64,000 bases of DNA. It comes from the human T2T-CHM13v2.0 reference genome, Homo sapiens. The stretch is from the NCBI RefSeq assembly GCF_009914755.1, contig NC_060941.1; one strand, 5' to 3'. The notes below the pieces were generated by a model. That model saw nothing but the letters and a program-made list of their open reading frames with translations. It searched no databases and was not told where the DNA came from. Both the position numbers and the translations under genes were made by a program. This document shows positions 37,042-64,000 of this stretch, in pieces (the first letter of the stretch is position 1; the number at the start of each line of letters is the position of its first letter).

Positions 37042-38755
37042 CTATAAAAAGATGATCACATGGTGTATTATCTGGGAATTTAAATGGTCACAATTCCAGG
37101 ATACGTCAATGCTATCAACTTTAAAAAAAAAATAAATTTGACCTATAATGGGGGGGCCAGCAGGGGGTAGGGGAGAAAGAGGCAAACTGTGTATCCTGGA
37201 ACTTTGTAACTGGAAAAAAATTACCAGCAGCAGCAGCCTGATCAAAACTGCAACTTCTTGCCCACCTGGACAACCCAGCTCTCTTTTCTAGAAATTAGCA
37301 TCTATGCTCAATTTCTAATAATGGAATGGTGCCTAGGTACTCATGTTTGTCTAGGTGAAAACAGCTTCTAAATCCAGGTGCTTACATCAGAATGGCTCTC
37401 CTGGAAATTTAGGACTGAGACATTGAGTCAGTTACCTGTAGGGTAACCTGTAGAATCAGAGATTTCTCAAATTTGACCTGTCTTATTTTGATACCATGTT
37501 TCCCAGCAATGTATCCTCCCCTTAAGTATCAGTTTTTGTAAAATCTCCTAATCAATTTCTTATCAGATTATATTATATAAATACCTATCATCTAGAGTAC
37601 TCCAGAAGCCAAATGAACATTAAAAAAAAAATACTGAGATAGGGCCAGGCATAGTGGCTGAGTGTAATACCAGCATTTTGGGAGGCTGAGTTGGAAGGAT
37701 AACTTGAGGCCAGGAGTTCATGACCAGCCTGGGTTATATAGCAAGACGCTGTCTCTCTACCAATTCTATCAATATTTAAAAAAAAAAACTGGGTGTGGTG
37801 GTGGCACCTGTACTCCTAGCTACTTGGGAGCCTGAGGTGGGAGGACGGATTGATTGAGGCCAGGAGTTTGAGGCTATCGTGAACCATAATCGTCCACTGC
37901 AGTCCACCCTGGGGTGATGGACTAATAAGACTGTCTCTAAATAAATAAATATTACAAAAAGAAAAGCACTGAGATAGGTAATGTTGGTAAGTGAGATTAT
38001 AGATTTTAATCTCATGAACAATTTTAAGTTAGCTACTATACACTCCCATTTCCAAAAGTTTAGATTGGAATGTTTGCTGCCTTTGGTAGCTAAGAGAAAA
38101 GAAATAACAATGAGGGATATTATAGTGCCATTCTTCCACAGTCCTTATCAAATAAATAGGCCTTTGAGTCTTGGAATTGTTGAGAGTAAGAAAGCAAATA
38201 ATATATAAAGTTGACAAGCACAAAAGACACAAAGAGGCCAGGCATGGTGGCTCAAGCTTGTAATTCCAACACTTTGGGAGGTCAGGGCAGGGGGGTTGTC
38301 TGAATCCAGGAGTTCAAGACCAGCCTAGGCAACATAGTGAGATCCCATCTCTACAAAAAATAAAAACAAAAGTAGCCAGACATGAATGGTGCATGCCTGT
38401 AGTCCCAGCTACTCAGGAGGCTGAGGTGGGAGGATCACTTGAGGCTGGGAGGTCGAAGCTACAGTGAGCTGTAATTGCACCACTGCACTCCAGCCTGGGG
38501 AACAGTAAGACCATGTTGGAAAAAAAGAAGAGGGGAGGGGAAGGGGAGGAGAGACCACAAGAAACAAATATAATGAATAATAGTTTACTATTCCTGAGAA
38601 AAAGAGAATACCAAATGTGAGAGAATGTGTAACTAGGGTTGGGGAGAGCGGGCTGGAGAGAGAGAGCACGCAAAGACAACAGAGAGAAGTCAAATAGGAA
38701 ATTTCAAAATGAGAATCAGCTGATGTATAAAAAAAGAGCAAAATAATTTTTTTAC

Positions 38756-38796
38756 CGATAGAACTGCAAGATTTAGCTTTCCAAAATGATTCCATT
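38756..38796 (-). pseudogene. Candidate 41-bp exon of the unidentified gene
   Basis: Pyrimidine tract tttttcttttctggag| (weak GAG acceptor) and donor g|gtaaaa. Confidence 0.35.
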
Positions 38797-39081
38797 CTCC
38801 AGAAAAGAAAAATTAATTTAAGCACTCATCTAAGTAACTAGTATAAAGTGCCAAGCAAAAATAAACATTTATTAGGTATAGACAAATGCAAATATATTCA
38901 ATGCTTTCGTACAAATGTGAATATCTGGGGGCCTTATTATCATCTTGTTAATATATGCCAGTGAACAATTTGTAGACACAAGACTTGTTTTACAAGCAGG
39001 GTAATATGTTCCATGAACGTAAGCCAGGAATTTAAGACTTAGTGTCTATATCTTCATTCTAAGAAATGTTTCAATTAACTC

Positions 39082-39084
<3 letters not shown>

Positions 39085-39144
<60 letters not shown>
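39085..39144. repeat. (TG)n microsatellite, ~30 units
   Basis: Read directly from the sequence. Confidence 0.95.
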
Positions 39145-39148
<4 letters not shown>

Positions 39149-40893
39149 TTTCTATCTCATGTGGTGGTGATGAGCCTAGTACTTATATTCTTGAAATGGA
39201 AATCCCATTCTGATATTTCTTCCTCCCTCTTCTCTGTCACATTAAACTGATCACCAGGCTCTTACATATTACATACACCAGCTGAAGCTCTTACATATTA
39301 CCGAATGTCTCTGTCCCGTTGTTCCTACTACTTCAGATCCTCATTCCAGTGTCTGGGACACTGTCAGAGTCTAAATAGATTCTAGGTCTCTTGTCTCGTC
39401 TATCTTCCATCTCCCAATCCTCCTTCCCCTGATCCATTAGAATGACAGACCTAAGCATATCCTTTCTGAACATAAAAACCCTTCAATAACTTTAGGGATA
39501 AACTTTAGGCTCCTTAACATGATGCATGAGGTGCCTGAACATCTGACCCTTGACAGTCCCTCTCAGCATTCTGGCACATTCAGGGTCCTAACAATACCAC
39601 CCTTCTCCCTGCCACCATCCCAAATCCCTCCCCCTGCTCACCACTCTCCTTGTTATTTTCCACTTCAAAGCTTTTGCTCCTTCAATCTGTAAAATTAACA
39701 GCCACTCATGTGTTCCTTCCTTTCTCCTCTCTTCACAGCCAGCACCTGGAGGTTTCTTACTCTTAGGAAAAACTGCGACCTTTTCTAAGATACCTCCTCC
39801 CTCTTTCCTTAGTCCTGTTAAAGGTTAGGTGGACATTCACTGTACCTCGAAAATCCTTGCACATATTATTTTTTAACAATCACCGATTGATGTACGTCTA
39901 TCCACCATACAGACCTGGTACATATAAGAGGACATGCCAGAAATGAGGACGAGATCAATGGGCAGGTAGATGAAATGTTTAGCTTCCCTATTTACCTGAA
40001 ACCTCATTTTTGGGAGTCCTAAAACCCATAAAGAATATTTAGTGCTTTCAAAAATATCTTTTACTTGGCCAGGTGCAGTGGCTTACACCTGTAAACCCAG
40101 CATTTTGGGAGACTAAGGCCACTGGATCACTTGAGGTCAGGAGTTCGAGCCCAGCCTGGCCAACATAGCAAAACCCCATCTCTACTAAAAATACAAAAGT
40201 TAGCCGGGCATGGTGGTCCCGCCTATAATCCCAGCTACTCAGGAGGCTGAGGCATGACAAGAATCACTTAAACCTGGGAGGCAGAGAGGGTGCACTGGGC
40301 CAAGATCACACCACTGCACTCCAACCCGAGTGAGGGAGTGAGAATCTGCCTTAAAAAAATAAAAAATTAGCTGGGTGTGGTAGTGGATGCCTGTAATCCC
40401 AGCTACTTGGGGGCTGAGGCAGGAGAATCGCTTGAACCTGGGAGGCGGAGGTTGCAGTAAGCCAAGATCTCAGCACCGCACTCCAGCCTGGGTGACAGAA
40501 CGAGACTCCATCTCAAAAAAAAAAAAAAAGTCCTGGCCAGGCGCGGTGGCTCACGCCTGTAATCCAAACACTTTGGGAGGCCAATGTGGGTGGATCACGA
40601 GGTCAGGAGATCAAGACCATCCTGGCCTGTAGTCCCAGCTACTTGGGAGGTTGAGGCAGGAGAATCGCTTGAACCTGGGGAGGTGGAGATTGCAGTGAGC
40701 CGAGATTGAGCCACTGCACTCCAGCATGGGCCACAGAGCGAGACTCCGTCTCAAAAAAAAAAAAAAAATCTTTTACACAGACGCTAAATATACTGATAAA
40801 AACTTAATTGCTATCCACTACTATTACTTTTGGAAAAAAATAAGGGGGAGACAGGTTAGCAATTTCTAAGCCTTCCATTAGGTTTAATCTTAC

Positions 40894-41003
40894 AATTAGA
40901 TGACATCATGTTTTTTGATGTTTTTGTTTGTTTCTCTGGCCTATGATCATCCTTCCTATGCTTATAAACAATCTTTACTTCAGGGCTATCCAATAAAGAA
41001 GGA
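40894..41003 (-). pseudogene. Candidate exon of the unidentified gene (110 bp)
   Basis: gcttttttaatag|...|gtaaga. Open frame PSLLDSPEVKIVYKHRKDDHRPEKQTKTSKNMMSSN. A further acceptor (ttttcag) at 41202 suggests another exon just upstream. Confidence 0.5.
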
Positions 41004-41016
41004 CTATTAAAAAAGC

Positions 41017-41061
<45 letters not shown>

Positions 41062-41064
41062 TAT
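41017..41064. repeat. (TA)n(CA)n microsatellite
   Basis: Read directly from the sequence. Confidence 0.9.
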
Positions 41065-41586
41065 GATATAGTCATCATCTGCTAACTACTCTCTATGCAA
41101 ACTGTAGCTTTCTAAAATGAATGCTTCCTTGACTCTGAAGAATACAAGCTTCTACCCCAAAAAAGTTCACAAATCCCTTTGCTGCCACAATCTTCACATT
41201 TCTGAAAACTTATTAAAAGGTAATTTTAACAAAACATGTCAGTGAAATGATGAGTTAACGCATGTTACAGAAGAAAATATTAGCAGTCAAAAATATAAAA
41301 ATAGGATACAATGATTTAAATTTTACAAAAACTGGCCACTGGCCAGGGATGCTGGCTCACGACTGCACTTTGAGAGGCTGAGATAGGAGGATTCCTTGAG
41401 ACCAAGAGTTAGAGACCACCCTGGGCAACATAGGGAGATCCTGTTTCTATAAAACATAAATAGACCAGGTGCACTGGCTCACACCTGTAATCCCAGAACT
41501 TTGGGAGGCAGCCAAGGTGGGCAGATCACTTGAGGCCAGGAGTTCAAGCCCAGCCTGATCAACGTGGCGAAAACCTGTCTCTACTA

Positions 41587-42032
<446 letters not shown>

Positions 42033-43982
42033 TTTTAAAACTGGCCATTATATATTTAACGACATGTAGAAAATTTAACAGGTCAATACAGTGAATTCTC
42101 TGCTATTTAGATATACAATAAAGATATTCTAGTAAATTTTTTCCCAGTACTCACAAAATTTCATTTTTTTCTAAATTCCACAATGTTCTAGCCACATAGG
42201 AGTATTTCTTATTCTCTGAACATGCCTACCTGCCACCTCTTCCCTTTGCACCTGCTATCCTAGGTTACGTCACTTTCTCTGTCTGGAATTTTTAGTTGAT
42301 CATTTTCTGCAAAGGTCAAATGCCTAATTATTCTGCAAAGCCCTAGAAGCTCTTTGTATGCCTTACTCAATTCCTGAGACAAGAATAATTTCTCATTATT
42401 TACCCATAATACTCCATTCAGCCTTATTATTATGTAATATATATTTTAATTTTCATACATTTATTGACTTGTCTTCCTACTTGAGGAGGAAACCCCCTAT
42501 TTTATTTATCCTTGAATTCCTGGTATCTAACAGAATGCTTGATACAAAGTAGGTCCATAGTAAATGCCCAGTAAATAAATGTTCCCAAACTTATCCTTTA
42601 TTACCTACCATCCATTAAGGACTGATGTCTTCAAGCCCATTTTCCAATCATTCCTGTCATTTCAGAATTGCATGCCCCATTATTAGGCATAAAGAATTTA
42701 TATGAACAAAACCTTATTAACTTTTTTTATTTTTTTGAAACAGGGTCTCACTCTGTTACCTAGGCTGGAGTACAGTCACACAATCATAGCTCACTGCAGC
42801 CTTGACCTCCCAGGCTCAAGAGATCCTCCCACCTCAGCCTCTCGAGTAGTTGGGAGGGACTACAGGCGAGCACCACCATGCCCGGCTAATTGTTTTTCTT
42901 TTTTGCAGAGGTGGGGTCTCAGAATGTTGCCCAGGCTGGTCTGGTACTCCTGGGCTCAAGCAATCCTCTCACTTCAACCTCCCAAAGTACTGAAATTATA
43001 GGTGTGAGCCACCACACCCGGTCCATTAACTTACTTTCTTTTTTGTTTTGTGTTTCTTTGCTTGCTGTTCTTTTTTGAGACAGGGTCTTGCTCTGTTGCC
43101 CAGGTGGGGGTGCAGGGCACAGTCACGGTTCACTGCAGCCTCAACCTCTGGGCTCAAGGGACCCTCCCACCGCAGCCTCTTGAGTAGTTGGGACTACAGA
43201 CACGTGTGCCTCCCCACACCTGGCTAAATTTATTCTTTTTTGTAGAGACAGGGTCTCGCTTGTTGTCCAGGCTGGACTCAAACTTCTGGGCTCAAGCGAT
43301 ACTCCTGCCTGGGCGTCCCAAAGTGCTAGGACTATAGGCATGAGCCACTGAGCCTATTCTAACACTAAGTAGAACAAAACAAATCATCAACAACAAAAAT
43401 CCAACAAACATAAAGCAATCGCATATAAGAAAAGCTATAAAAAGGAAAGAAATAGAAAGAAGAAAAAAATAAACTTGATAAACAGATACACCATGCTTCT
43501 GGAAGGAAGGATTCAATACTGTAAAAATATATTCATCCCTAAAACAGTACTTCACTGTAACTCTAATGTAGTCTAAATTGTGCTCTTATTAGTCCTAATG
43601 TTCATCTAGAAAAATAGATGACAATATTTGTCTTACCATATACTAAAATGTATATAAAGCTATAATAATTTAAAATAGTGTGGCACCAGGATAAAAACAG
43701 ACACACCAATGGAACACATAAAAAGTCCAGAAACATACTCAAGTATTCAAGAATTTAGTAATGATTCAAACAATATTTCAAATCACAATGGAAAACAGAT
43801 TATTCAGCAATAGTGTTGAAAAAGTTGACTAACCAGGTGGGAGGGGAAAGTTGGGCACGTATCTTACCATATTCTAAAATTAATTCTAGGCTAATAAAAT
43901 ATTTATATCTAAATAATTCCTTCTTTGGTCTACCCTCGCTCCTTTTCTGCTTCAACACTTTAGTCTTAAAGCCATGAGATGG

Positions 43983-44330
43983 GGCTAGGCATGGTGGCTC
44001 ACGCCCGTAATCCTAGCATAGGCGTGGTGGCTCATGCCTGTAATCCTAGCATAGGCGTGGTGGCTCATGCCTGTAATCCTAGCATTTTGGGAGGCCAGAG
44101 CAGGCAGTTCACTTGAGCTCAGGAGTTCAAGACCAGCCTGGGCAACATGATGAAATCTCAACTCTACAGATAATACGGAAAACTTAGCTGGGTGGGATGG
44201 GTGCGCCTTGTAGTCCCATCTACTTAGAGGGCTAAAGTGGAAGGACTGCTTGAGCCAGAGGTCGAAGCTGTAGTGAGCCAAAACTGCACCACTGCACTCC
44301 AGCCTGGGTGACAAAATGAGACCCAAAAGC
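43983..44330 (+). mobile_element. AluJ with triplicated 33-bp 5' head
   Basis: (taggcRtggtggctcaYgccYgtaatcctagca) x3; TSD aaagccatgag. Confidence 0.85.
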
Positions 44331-44639
44331 CATGAGGTGAGTTCAAGCATAGTAATTATCCATGAGGGGGTCATGGATATTGGAGGGGGCAGTCCAATAC
44401 TAGTATAAGAGCCTGAGTAAGGCTGGCTTCCCTAAGGGGTTGGGGATAGGGGTGAGGACAATCTCAGAGCAAGGTGAAAAGATCACCAAAAGTGGAAGCA
44501 GTGAACTGAGGCTGAATATCAAATCCCAAGAGGGGTGAAAAGGACTGGCATGCAGGAAAGTAGCAGCAACCCTGAACTGGGTTAGAACAGCATCTGCCTT
44601 AGGTGGAGCAGCAACAGAAGGTATGTCAAAACAGGAGAA

Positions 44640-47200
<2,561 letters not shown>

Positions 47201-48043
47201 TTAAAAATGAACTTCCAAAGCACTAAAAAAAAGTGCATTAATATGAAGATTTTCTTTGCACAGCAAAGGCAGAAACAATAAAGAGCATTTGCGTAAATTA
47301 CCTCAAAAATGTAAACTTCTGCATTAGAAAAAGTTAACCTGCTAGAATCCCAATAACAAAAACTATGAAGACATAATAAAATTAAACACCAAACGTTAAA
47401 CTATGGGAAAAAACACACACAGCAAATATACAAGACAAAAGAATATGATCTCTAATATAAAACACTTTGTAAAAAAAATTATAATATTAAAATAAACAGA
47501 TATGGAAGGTCAATTAACATACATGAATAATCTTCAAAAAAAAACTTTAAAATAACCAACCTTACCAGTACTCAAAGAAACTCATTCAAACATTTTAATA
47601 TTTTTTTTACTAGAAAGAATAGCAAAGTTTTTTTAAGAGTAACACAGTGTACCTAACATAATAGAGGGTTATGAGCAATCTCACATACAGCTAATACAGT
47701 GTAAGTTCTAGAGGACAATTTCACACAGTGTATTTCTTGAAGCTTCCAAAATGTTCACACACTTTTACAGAGATGCTAGCAGTGTATACTAAATGCCAGA
47801 CACCAAACTAGGCCCTTCAACCACAAAGGGTTGCTTAATTAAATTTACAGTTTGTTGAATCTCATGATATTCTGTATTACAGACTAAATATCTATTAAAA
47901 TACAGCAGAAACACAATTTATTGACATACAAAAGATGCTGTGTAATTTTCAAAAGTAAACAAAAAATATAAGCAAAACAATTCAACTTTTTCATAAGTAT
48001 ATATTATAAGCAAAAATACACAGAAAAAACCCCGTCTCTACTA

Positions 48044-48298
<255 letters not shown>

Positions 48299-48310
48299 TT
48301 AAAATCTTAA

Positions 48311-49158
<848 letters not shown>

Positions 49159-49173
49159 TAATATCCACTGTAC

Positions 49174-49283
49174 CTTATTACAATGATCATGTGGAACAGA
49201 CTGTAAAACAATTGGTTCCATTGTGGAATCATTGGCAAATTGTACCTCCGGAATATACAGAGCACACACCTCATGGGCCCAAC
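49174..49283 (-). pseudogene. MLLT10: MLLT10 (AF10) exon copy, 110 bp
   Basis: tttatttttag|GTTGGGCC...AATAAG|gtacag. Translates (G)WAHEVCALYIPEVQFANDSTMEPIVLQSVPHDHCNK; AF10 is GWAHVVCALYIPEVQFANVSTMEPIVLQSVPHDRYNK. The ST and QSVPHD residues match AF10, not AF17. Confidence 0.92.
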
Positions 49284-49783
49284 CTAAAAATAAATAAATA
49301 AATGTCATCTTTTCAGTTTTATCAAAAGCAAATTAACATCATTAATTTCCTTAACAGATCCCTACAATGTCTATTGAAACAAATGCATAACAAGGACATT
49401 AACAAATTCTCATTGCTGTCTTACTTCCATTGCTTGAGGATACTCAAACCACTACTAAAAAAAGCATTCTTAATCATTTCCCCAGTTATGATGTACAGGA
49501 ACATAAACAAAGGGAAACATTTATAAATTCAGATGTTGGCACTAACACTTCTTATACAGGCAGACTAAATATTCAGATCAACACTACTAATGAGAACCAC
49601 TATAAAAGGAGTTTTTAAAAGTTTAATACTTATGATAAAATTTAATAATCTTAATCATTTTAAATGTTAACATGAAATTATTTTTATCTCGGTGTCAATA
49701 TTTTTAATATTAGTAATAACAATCATTTCACTATTTTAATTGGAAAAGTTTTAAATTTGGTATTAAATATATATATTTTATGA

Positions 49784-49888
<105 letters not shown>

Positions 49889-49923
49889 TGACTGAAGGTA
49901 TTAAGGAGCTGATGTGATAGTGA

Positions 49924-50360
<437 letters not shown>

Positions 50361-50379
50361 TGACAAACTCAGAGGCCCA

Positions 50380-57500
<7,121 letters not shown>

Positions 57501-58929
57501 AGTCTGAAGATTAAACTGTATAATATATATAGCTAGCCAAAATGATTGTATTTTTCCCATTTATTCACACCATTACTCTAGTCTATGCCAAAACTACTTT
57601 AGAGGTGGCTACCCAAAATGGAGAAGAGTATAGTATCTACTTTTTTTAGCTGCCGCATCATGTATGCCATGGCTTAATAAACTCACGTCTACACATTTCA
57701 GAACAGTACTGAGCTACATGTACAAAAATACGAGTTCTCTAACAAAGATAACTAAAAGTAGAGAAGAAAATGAGTAATGCACAAGGGTCCATAGGAAAGC
57801 ATACCAAAATGTGATACAGAAGTCAGCATTTCTTTTTTTCTTTTCTTTTTTTTTTTTTTGAGACAGGGTCTCACTCTCACCCATCTCAGGGACTGAAGTA
57901 CAGTGGTGTGACCATGGCTCAATGCAGCCTCCACCTCCCACGCTCAAGCCATCCTCCTGCTCAGCTTCCCAAGTAGCTGGAACTACAGGCACGTGCCACC
58001 ATGTGGAACTAAGTCTTTTTATTTTTATTTTTTATATTTACTTTTGCAGAGACCAAGGTCTCCCTATGTTGCCCAGGCTGGTCTCAGGCTCCTACGCTCC
58101 AGTGAGCCTCCTACCTTGGCCTCTCAAAGAGCTGGGATTACAGGTGTCAGGCACCCAGCCTAAAAGTCAACATTTCTTTATATTCCAGCCACAAAGATCC
58201 TCAGAGTTAAATGAAATTAACATTCACTAGAAACATCATCTGTCTAGAGATATACAAAACAGAAAAAAAGAATCTAAAACAACAGATTTTAGGTCTAACA
58301 ACAACAACAACAAAATGTGGCTCATTTTTCAAAAAAAATTCCTAACACAAGAAACTATATCCATTTAACAAAATACACTTTCTTTTTTTTGAGACAGTCT
58401 CCTTCTGTCATGGAGGCTAATGGTCAATGGTGCAATCTCAGCTCACTGGAACCTCTGCCCCCCAAGTTCAAGTTTTTCTCCTGCCTCGGCCTCCCAAGTA
58501 GCTGGGACTACAGGCATGCATCACCACGCCCAGCTAATTTTTCTATTTTTAGTAGAAACCAGGTTTCACTATGTTGGCCAGGCTGCTCTCGAACTCCTGA
58601 CCTCAGGTGATCCACCACCCTCGGCCTCCCAAAGTGCTGGGATTACAGGTGTGAGCTACCTCGCCCAGCCAAAAAAATAAGAATTTTAATTAGAAGTATG
58701 TATTTAATAAATCATTCTGCATAAAGTAGCCAATGCTTAAGTTTGTCCACAAAGTAGAAAAATTGTGGGTCAATACATAATAATGATTCATAAATTATAG
58801 CCACTACTGTTAAAAATGAGTAGAAAACACTGTTTAATTTGATGAAATAAAATAAACTACCAGATATTTGAAAATACTCCACCGCCCCAGTTTTCAATAA
58901 AAATTTTTTCAAGAAATCTCTGCACTTAC

Positions 58930-58984
58930 CCCCATTATCTGTTCTTTTTAAAGCTCCATCCTTATGGGGACAAAGTTCACATCT
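58930..58984 (-). pseudogene. MLLT10: MLLT10 (AF10) exon copy, 55 bp, first half of the PZP zinc knuckle
   Basis: ttttcttgtttatag|AGATGTGAA...AATGGGG|gtaagt. Translates RCELCPHKDGALKRTDNG(G). Confidence 0.9.
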
Positions 58985-59339
58985 CTATAAACAAGAAAAG
59001 AAACACGTAATGAAGAAATATTTCAGATTATCAAAAATGTAATATCTTCCCTGCAACTTCAAAACTACTGAAAATGTGAGAGCAGCATTTGTACTAGTTG
59101 CCCCCCAAGAATATTTAGGAACATTCTTCACAAACAGTTGTTCTTGACGACATGTGATCTTCTTCAGCGAACAAGTAATTTTTTTAAAGTACATTTTAAC
59201 TTTTAAACTCCTGCCACGGGCCAGGCACGGTGGCTCATGCCTGTAATCCCAGGACTTTGGGAGGCCGAGGCGGGCAGATTACCTGAGGTCGGGAGTTCGA
59301 GACCAGCCTGACTAACATGGAGAAACCCCGTCTCTACTA

Positions 59340-59543
<204 letters not shown>

Positions 59544-60007
59544 TTACATTAATAAAAACACAAAGATGCTGGGATTATTTACCTGGGGAGCGGGAGAAAA
59601 AAACAAAAAAGTCCTCTCAACACAGGAATGGGGCAAGGTTTTTAACATCTGCCTGTTACCTGTTTACTTCCTGTTTTATGGTCAGCTAGGATGACCGCAG
59701 TCAAGTGGGTCTGGTTTCTCTTAAAGAGCCAAACTCAAGAATTTAGAATTTGAATTTAAGTGGCAAGAAATGATCTCATGCATGCTGATTTCCCTTCTGA
59801 AAGGAATTAGGCTAATCAGCTATTATTATTCAAACACAGTGGTACTCAAAATTTATTGTGGATTCCTCTCCCTCCCATCCTCAGAATTTAAAAGCAGAAA
59901 TAAATGTAGAGCCAGTACTACTACTTCTTATGAAACACAGTAAGTTTCAATGGCATTGTCTTACTATGAAGAATATGTTCCTGAAAGTCGCACTTGAGTA
60001 TTATTTA

Positions 60008-60568
<561 letters not shown>

Positions 60569-60777
60569 TTAAAAGTACAGAAGGCATAAGCCATAAAAGC
60601 CTACTGAGGCTGGGTGCAGTGCCTCACACATATAATCGCAGCACTTTGGGAGGCCAAAATGGAAGGACCACTTGAGGTGAGGAGTTCGAGACCAGCCTAA
60701 GCAACAAAGTGAGACCTCATCTCTACAAAAATAATTTAAAAAAAAAATAGAGCCTATTTGCCAGGTGCGGTGGCTCA

Positions 60778-61038
<261 letters not shown>

Positions 61039-61071
61039 TCAAAAAAAAAAAAAAAAAATTACAGAGGCTAT

Positions 61072-61471
61072 TGATAAAGTTTGGATATTTGTGCCTCCAA
61101 ATCTCATGTAAAAATATAATCCCGATGTTGAAGGTGGAGCCCAGCAAAAGGTGTTTGGGTAATGGGGGCAGAACCCTCATGAATGTCTTGGTGTTTTCCT
61201 TGTGGTAATGAGTGAGTTTCTTGCTGTTGTTAGTTCACGTGAGATCTGATTGGTAAAAAGAGCCTGCCATCTAGCTCCCTCCCCTCACCATGTGACACTC
61301 CTGGTCCCTATGCCCACTCCCCCATAAGTAAAAGCTTCCTCAGCCCAAAGATGGTGGTAGTATGCTTGTACTGCCTACAGAACTGTGAACCAAATAAACC
61401 TCTTTTCTTTATATTAATAATCTACCCAGTTTCAGGTATTCCTTTATAGCAACACAAAACAGACTAATACT
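61072..61471 (+). mobile_element. MST-family MaLR LTR
   Basis: tgataaagtttggatatttgtgcctccaaatctcatg ... aataaacctcttttc ... agactaatac. Confidence 0.8.
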
Positions 61472-61826
61472 GCTGTATTTCTTGCCTTTCAGTATTTCAC
61501 TCTCCTGATTTTCCCTCTTTGGTGGCACCTTTCTGATCACCCTATCAAACCTTTAAATGGTGAAGTTCCTCAGGGTTCTGGCCTAAGATGTCATCTCTCT
61601 TTTTTTTTTTTTTTGAGACAGAGTCTTATTCTGTCGCCCAGGTTTGAGTGCAGTGGCGTGATCTCGGCTCACTGCAAGCTCCACCTCCTGGGTTCAGGAC
61701 ATTCTCCTGCCTCAGCCTCTGAGTAGCTGGGCCTACAGGCACCCACCACCATGCCCAGCTAATTTGTTGTGTTTTTAGTAGAGACGGGGTTTCACTGTGT
61801 TAGCCAGGATGGTCTCGATTTCCTGA

Positions 61827-62286
<460 letters not shown>

Positions 62287-62647
62287 TGATCTACCCACCT
62301 CAGCCTCCTAAAGTGCTAGGATTACAGGCGTGAGCCACCGCACCACCCAGCCTACATAGACACTTGAAACGCTCCACAATTTATGACAAAACCTGCTCTT
62401 CCTGCTCTTTCCATATATTGGTAATGATATTTTCAATGACACATTGCTCATGCGAGACACCAAGTATATATAATCTTTGACCACTTCATACCTTACTCCC
62501 TAACCTCACTTTTAATCCATAACTGTATTGTGCCCTTCCTCTTCTGAAATACTAGTGAGAGCTGCCTATCTCTCTCCATCTCCACTATCACCCTACTTAA
62601 AGCCAGCATCGCCTTTCATCGGGACCACTTCAGTCACCTCTTAAATG

Positions 62648-64000
62648 CAGTAGACCCCAGTTATCCATGGGAGAAACATTCTAAGAACCCCAGTGGACGT
62701 CTGAAATGACAAATGGTACTGAGCACTTGATTCTGTTTTTTGCTATACATACATACCTATAAAAAAGTTGAATTTATAAATTAGGCACAGTAACAGATTA
62801 ACAATAATAATAAAATACAACAGGCCAGATGTAGTGGCTCAAGCCTATAATCCCAGGACTTTAGGAGGCTGAGTTGGGCAGATCACCTGAGGTCAGGAGT
62901 TTGAGACTAGCCTGGCCAACATGGTGAAACCCCATCTCTACTAAAAATACAAAAAAATTAGCGAATGTGGTGGCGCACACCCGCAGTCCCAGCTAAGCAG
63001 GAGGCTAAGGCACAAAAAGCAACTCAACCCGGGAGGTTGCAGTGAGCCAAGATCGTGCCACTGCCCTCCAGCCTGGGTGACAGAGAGAGGCTCCAACTCA
63101 AAAACAATTTCAAAAATTTAAAAAAAATTATAACAATCTACTATAAAAAAGTTATGTGAATGTGGTCTCTCTCAAAATACAGTCTGCATAAAAACAACCA
63201 CATATACGATGGTGGCCCCATGAGATTAAATGGAACTGAAAAATTCCTATTGCCTAGTGACATAATGATGTAATAGCCATAGTAACATGACAGAGCAAAT
63301 TTTAAAATAAATTTAGTGTACATTAAGTGCACAATGTTTATAAAGTCTATGGTAGTTGTAGCAGTCCATTCTCTCACTGCTATAAAACTACCTGAGACTG
63401 GGCAATTTATAAAGAAAAGAGGTTTAATTGACTCATGTTCCACATGGCTGAGAAGGCCTCAAGAAACTGTCAGTCACAGTGAGAAGGGAAGCAAGTACGT
63501 CTTACATGGCAGCAAGCAAGAGAAAGAGAATGTGTACATAGGAAAAAAACCACCACTTTCAAAACCATCAGATCTCCAGAGAATTCACTCACTATCACAA
63601 GAACAGGATGGGGGAAACTGCCCCCATTATCCAGTCACCTCCCTCCTTCAACACATAGGGATTATAATTCGAGATGAGATTTGGGTGGGGATACACAGCC
63701 AAACGCTATCAGTAATGTACAATAATGTCCCAGGCTTTCACATTCACTCACCACTTACTAACTGACTCACCCAGAACAACTTCTAGTCCTGCAAGCTTCA
63801 TTCATGGTAAAGCCCTATACAAGTGCAATTTTTTTTTATCTTTCATATCATTATTTTAGGTGTACCTTTTCTATGTTTAAAAATACAAATACTTACCATT
63901 ATGTTAAGTTGCTTACAGGATTCAGTAATGAAATGTACAAGTTTGCAGCCTAGGAGCAATAGGCTATACCATGTAGCCTAGGTATGTAGTAGGCTATACA
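62648..64000. mobile_element. TcMar-Tigger fragments (MER44/Tigger7-like then Tigger3/MER7-like) with a nested Alu and LTR
   Basis: cagtagaccccagttatcc...; catatacgatggtggccccatgagattaaatggaactgaaaaattcctattgcctagtgac. Confidence 0.65.
63357..63711 (-). mobile_element. THE1/MST MaLR LTR nested in a Tigger3-like element
   Basis: tgtagcagtccattctctcactgctataaa...ctgagactgggcaatttataaagaaaagaggtttaattg ... acacagccaaacgctatca. Confidence 0.8.

Noticed and set aside
41095-41201. PUS7/PUS7L similarity (KGFVNFFG)
   Set aside because: It lacks the following QRFG motif, and the neighbouring exons do not resemble TruD.
63316-63765. 149-aa ORF
   Set aside because: Reads through a THE1/MST LTR and Tigger sequence.

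Overview
Primate (most likely human) genomic DNA that is Alu-dense and contains no intact protein-coding gene. The left ~27.5 kb looks like intergenic sequence (L2, MIR, MER and L1M remnants plus Alus). It carries one CpG-retaining regulatory-like island (~19.4-20.2 kb) and four short (44-181 bp) locally templated duplications. The right ~36 kb looks like a mosaic duplicon of three intron-containing gene fragments, all on the minus strand. In transcription order these are: two MLLT10/AF10 exons encoding the C2HC zinc knuckle (58930-58984, 49174-49283); about seven decayed exons of a gene I cannot identify (36882-48864); and YWHAE/14-3-3 epsilon exons 3 and 4 (30092-30198, 29271-29477). The four MLLT10 and YWHAE exons keep GT-AG sites and parental lengths and have no stops. 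They are also phase-compatible, so splicing them gives one open AF10::14-3-3e chimeric frame with a strong-Kozak internal ATG. From memory this fits the YWHAEP7 (LOC284100) locus at 17q12 near HNF1B/TBC1D3, but that is unverified. Parent-gene comparisons and repeat subfamilies are from memory, and repeat coordinates are approximate.
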